A stretch of 35,574 bases of DNA. Origin: an uncultured Methanosarcinales archaeon. GTDB lineage: Archaea; Nanobdellota; Nanobdellia; Woesearchaeales; CAZJJJ01. This document shows, piece after piece, positions 16,289-22,755 of this stretch. A model generated the notes under the pieces. The model saw only the letters and a list, made by a program, of their open reading frames with translations, had not been told where the DNA came from and did no database searches. Positions within the stretch are counted from its first letter, which is position 1; the number at the start of each line of letters is the position of its first letter. A program made the position numbers and the translations under genes. Where the stretch lies: positions 1 through 35,574 of the forward strand of contig CAZJJJ010000001.1 in assembly GCA_964546295.1 (NCBI GenBank), in the 5' to 3' direction.

Positions 16289-17110
16289 CTACAAATTCTT
16301 TGAAAGAAGAACTTTTTTCATGTTGTCAGGAACATAATATCGCTTGACACCTTTGCTATCATCTGCCTCCTTTATGGGAAATCCTTTGTTCCGTATGTGA
16401 CACACATGGTTCTTCGCAGTATTTGGAGACACGCCTAAAACAACTGCAAGATCCTTATAGCTCAGCTTCATGTCTGTATTGCAGAGTTCTGCAAGAATCC
16501 TCTTCTCAGAATGCGTGAGTATGTCAGAGTAATACGAGATTGGTTTTGCCCCATCATCATACCCCTGCCCTATGGGGGTTTTTGTCTGGGAGAGTGAGGT
16601 CGCTGAATCATCTTTCTTCTGTCTTGATGCCTCTGTCTGGGCGTCTAGACGCATCTCTGGACGGGCTTGGACGCTCTCTTCCCTCTTTCTTATGAGAGAC
16701 TGTTGATCAGCTACAATTCTATAGATATCTACCAAGTATTTGTTATAACGTTCGAAAGCAGAAGAGATGTTCTTTTCAAGATCCTTCATATATTTCTCCT
16801 GATCTTTTGACAAATCATGAAGATGATCAATCCATCTGTTTATGTTGTCTATATCCTTTGCATGTATCTCATTATGATGATCGTGCTTCTCGTGCAAGAC
16901 CTTGCTAAGCCCATCGAGCTCTTTGTGGCTGTGATGAAGGTTGTCTATCCATCGCTTCTGCTCCTTGATATCTTTCTTCAGGTGTTCGAAGCTCTTAAGG
17001 ACATTAGTCCTGAGGCTTGACAGGTCCTTACTTATTTTCTCCTCTTTGCCTCTGTTAAAGAGATTCTGTATATGTCTTATCACCATCCCAAACCCAGATA
17101 TGCTATCCAT
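16289..17110 (-). CDS. His-rich coiled-coil protein with a C-terminal LuxR/GerE-type helix-turn-helix (putative transcription regulator)
   Basis: 273 aa. The C-terminus LTHSEKRILAELCNTDMKLSYKDLAVVLGVSPNTAKNHVCHIRNKG fits the LuxR/GerE pattern (LT..E..iL.l......s.k.iA..LgvS..TvK.Hv..I..K). The N-terminal half is a heptad-rich helix with 10 His in about 43 residues and a repeated RWID-x-LH motif. Confidence 0.7.
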   Translation of the reverse strand: MDSISGFGMVIRHIQNLFNRGKEEKISKDLSSLRTNVLKSFEHLKKDIKEQKRWIDNLHHSHKELDGLSKVLHEKHDHHNEIHAKDIDNINRWIDHLHDLSKDQEKYMKDLEKNISSAFERYNKYLVDIYRIVADQQSLIRKREESVQARPEMRLDAQTEASRQKKDDSATSLSQTKTPIGQGYDDGAKPISYYSDILTHSEKRILAELCNTDMKLSYKDLAVVLGVSPNTAKNHVCHIRNKGFPIKEADDSKGVKRYYVPDNMKKVLLSKNL

Positions 17111-17267
17111 TAATGACTATATAAATCTTATTATAGAAACAGATGATGAATGCAAATCCCTGCTAGAACACCGCGAGAATCCGCAAGATTCTTTTGTGCC
17201 ACTATACAATCAAAACCTTTAAATAGATAAGCTATATCTTCCATCCCAGTTCAATGAGGGGTATATT

Positions 17268-17537
17268 ATGGCTGAAGATTCATCAGAGAAGAGGTTTGCT
17301 AGACAGCTGTTAGGTAAGACCATAGTAAGTAAGACAGGAAAAAGATTCGGTGAAGTGGGCGACATAATTTTTGAGACTAAATCCGGTGAGCTCATTCATA
17401 TGGTTGTCAAGAACCCGACCGCATACACGGAGAAACTTGATCTCGAGAAGGACAAGTTCGGGTATATGCTAATCCCCTTCAGTGTTGTGATAGCTGTCGG
17501 CGATTTCATGGTTATCGCTGAAGAAGACATCATCTGA
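17268..17537 (+). CDS. PRC-barrel domain protein
   Basis: 89 aa. LLGKTIVSKTGKRFGEVGDIIFETKSGELIHMVV...LIPFSVVIAVGDFMVIAEE fits the PRC-barrel pattern (G..V....G..lG.V.D..fd...G.i..lvv). GAGGGG lies 7 nt upstream of the ATG and a TATA lies at 17218-17225. Confidence 0.7.
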   Translation: MAEDSSEKRFARQLLGKTIVSKTGKRFGEVGDIIFETKSGELIHMVVKNPTAYTEKLDLEKDKFGYMLIPFSVVIAVGDFMVIAEEDII

Positions 17538-17570
17538 TATTTCTCATAATGATGTGGGGTTTTTTGTACT

Positions 17571-18554
17571 ATGTTAGGAGATAGGAAGAACGATAGTGCT
17601 ATATGGACAGAGAAGTACAGGCCTTCTGCTTTCGAGGAGTTTGAAGGACAAGACCACATAAGTGAGAAGGTCAAGAGTTTCATAGAGCGCAAGAATATGC
17701 CTCATCTTCTTTTCTCTGGGCCTGCGGGCGTGGGTAAGACGACCATGGCCCTCATAATAGCAAAGAAGCTATATGGTGAAAATTGGAGAGAAAACTTTCT
17801 CGAGCTGAATGCATCTGATGAGAGAGGGATCGATGTCATAAGGAACAATGTCAAGGATTTTGCGAAATCTAAGTCACTCGAAGAGATTCCATTCAAGATA
17901 ATATATCTTGATGAGTGTGATGCTCTCACACGAGAAGCACAACAGGCACTCAGGAGGACTATGGAAAATTTCACTAAGACGACAAGGTTCATACTCTCTT
18001 GCAATTTCTCTTCAAAAATCATTGATCCTATACAAAGCAGATGTGCTATATTCAGATTCAAGAAACTGCCTAAAGACAATATCCTTAAGATAATAAATGA
18101 TATAGCTGCTAGTGAGAGCCTTCAGATCACTGATGACGGCAAGGAAGCTCTTTTCCTTGCATCTGAAGGAGATTGTAGACGTCTTAAGAACCTGATGCAG
18201 TCGTGTTCCGCGCTCTCAGAGAAGATAGATGAGAATTCCGTCTTTGCTCTCGCTTCTGTGGCGAGACCTGAAGAGGTGAAAAGGATAATTGAGAATGCTA
18301 TCGCTGGAAAGTTTGAAGATTCCAGAAGACTGCTTCTTTCCACCATTCTTGATTATGGTCTTTCCGGTCTTGACATCATAAAACAGATGCAGCAATCTGT
18401 GATGGATATGCAAACCAATGAAAAAGTTAAGATGAAACTAATAGAGAAATGTGCGCAGACAGAGTTCAGGATTGTTGAAGGATCTGACGAATTTGTACAG
18501 CTCGAAGGATTGTTAGCGTATTCCGTGCTTCTTGGTTCTGCAACTAGGAAGTAG
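17571..18554 (+). CDS. rfcS: replication factor C small subunit
   Basis: 327 aa. WTEKYRP, Walker A GPAGVGKTT, Walker B/DEAD-like IIYLDECDALT, the SRC motif (IQSRCAIFRF), and sensor regions. No intein. Confidence 0.95.
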   Translation: MLGDRKNDSAIWTEKYRPSAFEEFEGQDHISEKVKSFIERKNMPHLLFSGPAGVGKTTMALIIAKKLYGENWRENFLELNASDERGIDVIRNNVKDFAKSKSLEEIPFKIIYLDECDALTREAQQALRRTMENFTKTTRFILSCNFSSKIIDPIQSRCAIFRFKKLPKDNILKIINDIAASESLQITDDGKEALFLASEGDCRRLKNLMQSCSALSEKIDENSVFALASVARPEEVKRIIENAIAGKFEDSRRLLLSTILDYGLSGLDIIKQMQQSVMDMQTNEKVKMKLIEKCAQTEFRIVEGSDEFVQLEGLLAYSVLLGSATRK

Positions 18555-18584
18555 CGCATCTCTCCTTGTTATTTCTAGATAAAA

Positions 18585-18593
18585 TATTTAAAT
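18585..18593 (+). promoter_or_regulatory. TATA box of the coiled-coil gene
   Basis: aaaaTATTTAAATg, 22 nt upstream of the ATG at 18615. Confidence 0.5.
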
Positions 18594-18614
18594 GAATCAC
18601 ACAGATATACTAGT

Positions 18615-20063
18615 ATGGATGGAAGTGGTGATGGTTCTGGCATATCTGAGGAAAGGATTACTCAGTTAGAGCGTGAGATTTCTGAATTGACAGCAATGCT
18701 TCGTGATGGGCTGCAGACAAAGCAAACAGAAGAAACCCATAAGGAAAAGAATCTGAGCATATTAGCAAGACAGATTGAGGAGCTTGACGCAGAGAATTCT
18801 AATCTGAGGTCACAGAATGAGGAGTTAAAAAAAAGCCTAGAAAAAGCACAAGAGCAGAACAAAGCCATAAGTGAAAAGAGTAGAAAGGAACAAGACGAGT
18901 ATGAGAAAAATCTCAAAGAGATCAAAAGGAAAGCTGATAATTATAACTATATCGAAGAAAAGCTCACAAAACTCACAAGACAACTCAACGAAGTGAAATC
19001 TGAGAATGTTGACATAAAGAAACATAACGATAAGCTAAAGGAGATTTTACAGGCCAATGAGGGTGAGAAAAAGAAGAGAAAAGAATTGGAAACAAAACTG
19101 GAAGAAAAGAACAAGAGGTTGGAAGAGTATAAGAGAACATTCGAAGAGTATGAGGAGAAGCTGAAAGAGCTCAAGAGGAAGATTGACGAACATAGTTTCT
19201 CAGAAGAGAAATTGACGAAGCTCACAAAGCAACTTAATGAGATCAAGGCGGAAAAGGAAGCTTCCGAGGAGAGGTATGAGAAGCTGAAAGAGATGATGGA
19301 GAAGAGCAAGAAGAACTATCCTGAGCGCATCAAAGAGAGGGATGAGGCAATAAAAAAGCTCAATAGCCAAGTCTCTGTGTTGAAGAGAGAAAAGAATGTG
19401 ATTGATGAGACGAATGTAAGACTTTTCTCTGAAATAGATCATCTGCAGGCAGACCTGAAGAAGTTGAATAATCAGATAGAGACTAAGGACAAAGAAGTCC
19501 ATCAGGTAAGAGAGCTCCTTAATAACGAGAAAAAACTATCTGAAGAGAGATTGAGGAAACGTCTGAGAGAGTTTGCACAGAAAGAGACAAAGAAGCACAT
19601 TATGCTGACGGTCAGGATAAAAGAGCTCTTGGATCTAGTAAATAGACAGAGAGAGGTCATCGAGAATGTGGATAGAGCCGACATGACCCTTTATGACCTG
19701 ATAAACAATACCATCAACCAAATAAGAGAAAACAGGAGATCCATAGATTATAGCGTTGTCGAGAAGAAGATTGAGGATATGAGTACTGACATCGCATCTG
19801 TTGCAGATCTGATTGACATGCCAGAAGAGGAAATCACAGAAGCTCTAGAGAAGAGCAAAGAACAGGAGATCGAGAATGAATTCAATGTAGAGGACGAGGA
19901 GACAGAATCAGAAAGGCGTATACGAGAATCCGCCAGAAGGAGCATAGAGAACGGAGATAGTGCCGATATGATAAGAAGATCACTCATAGATTCTGGAGAG
20001 GATGAGTCACTCGTGGACAAAGTCCTGGACAAAGAGCTCGAAAACCAAAAAGCAAACACATGA
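18615..20063 (+). CDS. long coiled-coil protein (K/E-rich) with an internal ~36-aa duplication and an acidic C-terminal tail
   Basis: 482 aa, heptad-like K/E/L composition throughout, no NTPase motif. The ATG lies 22 nt after the TATA at 18585-18593. Confidence 0.75.
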   Translation: MDGSGDGSGISEERITQLEREISELTAMLRDGLQTKQTEETHKEKNLSILARQIEELDAENSNLRSQNEELKKSLEKAQEQNKAISEKSRKEQDEYEKNLKEIKRKADNYNYIEEKLTKLTRQLNEVKSENVDIKKHNDKLKEILQANEGEKKKRKELETKLEEKNKRLEEYKRTFEEYEEKLKELKRKIDEHSFSEEKLTKLTKQLNEIKAEKEASEERYEKLKEMMEKSKKNYPERIKERDEAIKKLNSQVSVLKREKNVIDETNVRLFSEIDHLQADLKKLNNQIETKDKEVHQVRELLNNEKKLSEERLRKRLREFAQKETKKHIMLTVRIKELLDLVNRQREVIENVDRADMTLYDLINNTINQIRENRRSIDYSVVEKKIEDMSTDIASVADLIDMPEEEITEALEKSKEQEIENEFNVEDEETESERRIRESARRSIENGDSADMIRRSLIDSGEDESLVDKVLDKELENQKANT

Positions 20064-20140
20064 GTGCCTCATAAGGCTATCTAAAACACAGAAAAATATA
20101 TAAAGACATATTCTATATCTCGGCTTGGAGTGTGGTTTAT

Positions 20141-20410
20141 ATGCTAAAGATGAAGAGGATTTCCGAAAGCTACGATATGAAGGTCTTCACTGATGCTGGG
20201 GATTATTTCGGTGATGTTGAAGAATCCATACTGACAAGGAATAATATATTCGGATGGAGGGTAAAGGCTTCAAAGAATTCTTACCTGAATAAGGTGCTTG
20301 GCAGTGCAAAGGGAGTCATTGTGCCTCACCAGCTTGTAAAGGCCATCAGCGACATAATGATCATATCAAAGTCTGCTGTCCCATCCTACAATCCTAACGA
20401 AGAAGAGTGA
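20141..20410 (+). CDS. PRC-barrel domain protein (second paralogue)
   Basis: MKVFTDAGDYFGDVEESILTRNNIFGWRV...GVIVPHQLVKAISDIMIISKS has the same barrel pattern as 17268..17537. Track start 20132 is GTG. I prefer the ATG at 20141, with GGAGTG about 9 nt upstream. A T-rich tract follows the stop. Confidence 0.65.
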   Translation: MLKMKRISESYDMKVFTDAGDYFGDVEESILTRNNIFGWRVKASKNSYLNKVLGSAKGVIVPHQLVKAISDIMIISKSAVPSYNPNEEE

Positions 20411-20422
20411 TTCTTTACATAT

Positions 20423-20433
20423 TTTCTTTTTTC
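20423..20433 (+). terminator. T-rich terminator after the second PRC-barrel gene
   Basis: ttttctttttt lies 13 nt after the stop at 20410. Confidence 0.4.
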
Positions 20434-20536
20434 ATCCTGTTCTTTTGACACTTTTAGGCACTATGTGATTTTTACTTTTTATCAGTTGTTTTATTGCATA
20501 GAAATGCTTATTAAGAGAATATAGGTGCGTAAATGT

Positions 20537-21589
20537 ATGGTGGAAAAGAGTGCGAAAAAGATTACTGGTGTAGTCAGTGGCATGTTTGCCGGAAAGACCT
20601 CCTTCTTGATAGACATCTGTGAAAAAGGAAGGTATGCTGGCGAGACAAGTGTAGTATTCAGGCCAGCATTGGATGATGGAAGATTCGGTGGGAACAGGGT
20701 TACCCATGATCTGAAGGAGTTAGATACTGTGGTCTTCAAGAACTCTTGGGAAATCCCAGAATATCTAGAGCGGTATAAGAGAGATAACGGACGCTATCCG
20801 GATAATATTGTTGTATTAGAAGCACAATTCACTGATTCAGGATTGATTTCCGTCTTAAAGTCGACAGCCCATAATATGGGGATTATGACATGGTACGACG
20901 CACTTAATATGACATCTGAAGGCGACGGTTTTCCCTTCGTTTTGGATGATGAGCCCAAGAAAGAGATAGGAGAGCTTATGCAGATAAGTGATGATATCAT
21001 AAGTCCAAAAGCAGTATGTCTGGAAGCTGCAAGAAGAGGAGAGACTAAGACTGAAGCCACCAGGACCCAATGGAAATTCTGGATATACGGACCGAAAACT
21101 GATGCACTCGATGTTGGCGGAAAAGAAAAATATGAAGCAAGATCAATAAAGCACTGGCAAACAAGACCATACGAAGGATTATATAAGAATGTGATTGAGA
21201 ATGCTGACCTAGAAGGAAAGATAAGAGGTTATTTGCTTGAATCATCGAAAGCACCCTCTGCATTAGTGACTCTCTTCGAGAATGATGGTGAGATATATGC
21301 AAGATTCGCATCACTGCGGGACATGCATCTTACTCATGAGGGATACGACATCATGCAATCAAGAAGTGCTTTCATAGCAGAAAATGATATGAGGTACCTG
21401 AAGAAAGATCAATATTCTTTCCTTATAGATGAAGACACTAGAATAACAGGCAGCAACGATAAGATCTTCGAGGGAATTGATGAATCTATGAGAGATATCA
21501 ATAACAATAGCTCTAATATATCTGAGAAAGAGAAAGACTACATAAAAGAAGAGATGGAAAGGAGCTATGAACCATTGAGAGAAAGATAA
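20537..21589 (+). CDS. thymidine kinase (TK1-type)-like protein with degenerate zinc site and a C-terminal extension
   Basis: The N-terminal ~200 aa align by eye to TK1: ITGVVSGMFAGKTSFL (P-loop), VVFRPALDDGRFG, VTHD, VVLEAQF (catalytic Glu context, DE.QF), and DVGGKEKYEA. Only 1 of the 4 family Zn cysteines is present. About 150 extra C-terminal aa. Track start 20525 is GTG; the ATG at 20537 is preferred. Confidence 0.6.
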   Translation: MVEKSAKKITGVVSGMFAGKTSFLIDICEKGRYAGETSVVFRPALDDGRFGGNRVTHDLKELDTVVFKNSWEIPEYLERYKRDNGRYPDNIVVLEAQFTDSGLISVLKSTAHNMGIMTWYDALNMTSEGDGFPFVLDDEPKKEIGELMQISDDIISPKAVCLEAARRGETKTEATRTQWKFWIYGPKTDALDVGGKEKYEARSIKHWQTRPYEGLYKNVIENADLEGKIRGYLLESSKAPSALVTLFENDGEIYARFASLRDMHLTHEGYDIMQSRSAFIAENDMRYLKKDQYSFLIDEDTRITGSNDKIFEGIDESMRDINNNSSNISEKEKDYIKEEMERSYEPLRER

Positions 21590-21595
21590 GCAATC

Positions 21596-21994
21596 TCAAC
21601 CATTCTTCGCGTTTTCGAATAGTGTCTTAAGTCCTGATTTGAGAGAACTCTTGTCAGATATTCTGTCATGTATATATGGATTCACTATCCAATGCTTGCC
21701 GTCAGCAATCTTCTCGACGAAGATTATCCGCAGATTCTTGAAAGAAACCAATATTTTCCATTCGGACAATAGTCTGTTGAAATTCTTCTGATTGTTCAAT
21801 GTGACGAAACATACATCAAGATCTTTAGGTATATCATCGAAATCTAGGTTCTCTTGTATTATGTAATATTCATCCTTATCTTTGAAACGAACCAGAAAAC
21901 CCCTCTCATCATCCTCAATGGATTCTATCTTCTTATGAAAAAGATCTTTGTGCTTTATGAATCCTACCGCCCAATCGTGCAACCTGGTGTTCAT
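21596..21994 (-). CDS. hypothetical protein
   Basis: 132-aa ORF with its own TATA (rc tttttaaataa at 22015-22025), 21 nt upstream of the ATG. No motif recognised. Confidence 0.55.
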   Translation of the reverse strand: MNTRLHDWAVGFIKHKDLFHKKIESIEDDERGFLVRFKDKDEYYIIQENLDFDDIPKDLDVCFVTLNNQKNFNRLLSEWKILVSFKNLRIIFVEKIADGKHWIVNPYIHDRISDKSSLKSGLKTLFENAKNG

Positions 21995-22045
21995 TACTCT
22001 TTGGAAAAGTCCCTTATTTAAAAATTATTTCGTTTAGAAACGACT

Positions 22046-22729
22046 TTATAACAACTTAATCTTACCAGGCCTTAATTCGAAAAGGTCGCCTTGTTCAAGT
22101 AGTCTTGTAAGCAATTCTCCTGCTCTCACTATATTATAGTTTTTCAGTTCATTCTCTATGAGTTGTCTATCCACACCCTCACCTAAATCATTGTTCTGAA
22201 TCACTCTTTGCACTATCTCATATATGTCCTTCTTTTCTTCATTCTCATCAGAGTTTATCTCACCATCATCTGTCTTAACATCTTGGATATCATCAGAAGG
22301 TTTGAAGAAAACACCAGATTCTTCCTGCTCTCTTATCTCTTCTTTACGGTATTTCAACCAAGATATGTTTTCAAGAGTGTTGATTACCTCTGCAGCTATA
22401 TATGTGTCATCATCATATCGTCTTGGTCTTCCGACCACTATCACACAATCCCCTTCCTTCATCTTTTTCCTATGTAATATATCCTGGTTTCTGGCAAAAC
22501 TGCAATTTATGTGTATAGAACCTGTGCCATCATCGATCATGAGAGATACGCTGTTGACATCTGCAGAAACAATGATCCCTATTATATTGACTCGAGAGAC
22601 GTAACCGAACCTTGTCTTTACATAATTGGGTCTGAGCTCCCCTTTATCCTCAATGAAATCACCTTCTTTGATAGAAAGTATATCTACTTTTACAGCAGGG
22701 AGCCGTTCGTATGCATTATTTTGTACCAT
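22046..22729 (-). CDS. RPA32/Stn1-like OB-fold protein with a C-terminal winged helix
   Basis: The OB core VSRVNIIGIIVSADVNSVSLMIDDGTGSIHINC...GDCVIVVGRPRRYDDDTYIAAEVI matches the RPA32/Stn1 signature (v.ivG.V......... ..l.DDgTG.i.c....G..v.V.G). An acidic linker follows, then a wH-like C-terminus (IYEIVQRVIQNN...GELLTRLLEQGDLFELRPGKIKLL). Track start 22741 is TTG; the ATG at 22729 is preferred. It lies 26 nt downstream of the mcm stop. Confidence 0.6.
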   Translation of the reverse strand: MVQNNAYERLPAVKVDILSIKEGDFIEDKGELRPNYVKTRFGYVSRVNIIGIIVSADVNSVSLMIDDGTGSIHINCSFARNQDILHRKKMKEGDCVIVVGRPRRYDDDTYIAAEVINTLENISWLKYRKEEIREQEESGVFFKPSDDIQDVKTDDGEINSDENEEKKDIYEIVQRVIQNNDLGEGVDRQLIENELKNYNIVRAGELLTRLLEQGDLFELRPGKIKLL

Positions 22730-22755
22730 TTTGATTATCAAACCTATTTATGGTA

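Noticed and set aside
16081-16290. CRISPR array.
   Set aside because: The repeats are palindromic units of unequal length, without regular repeat-spacer periodicity. No cas genes are in the window.
17111-17267. C/D-box sRNA suggested by AGATGATGAA at about 17140-17149.
   Set aside because: I found no matching D box (CUGA) or C'/D' boxes at appropriate spacing, and no terminal stem.
18662-20059. A series of minus-strand ORFs (87-120 aa, S/F/L-rich) antisense to the coiled-coil gene.
   Set aside because: They are a mirror-image artefact of the GAA/AAG/GAG-rich sense strand. They are fragmented across frames and have no starts with promoter or SD signals.
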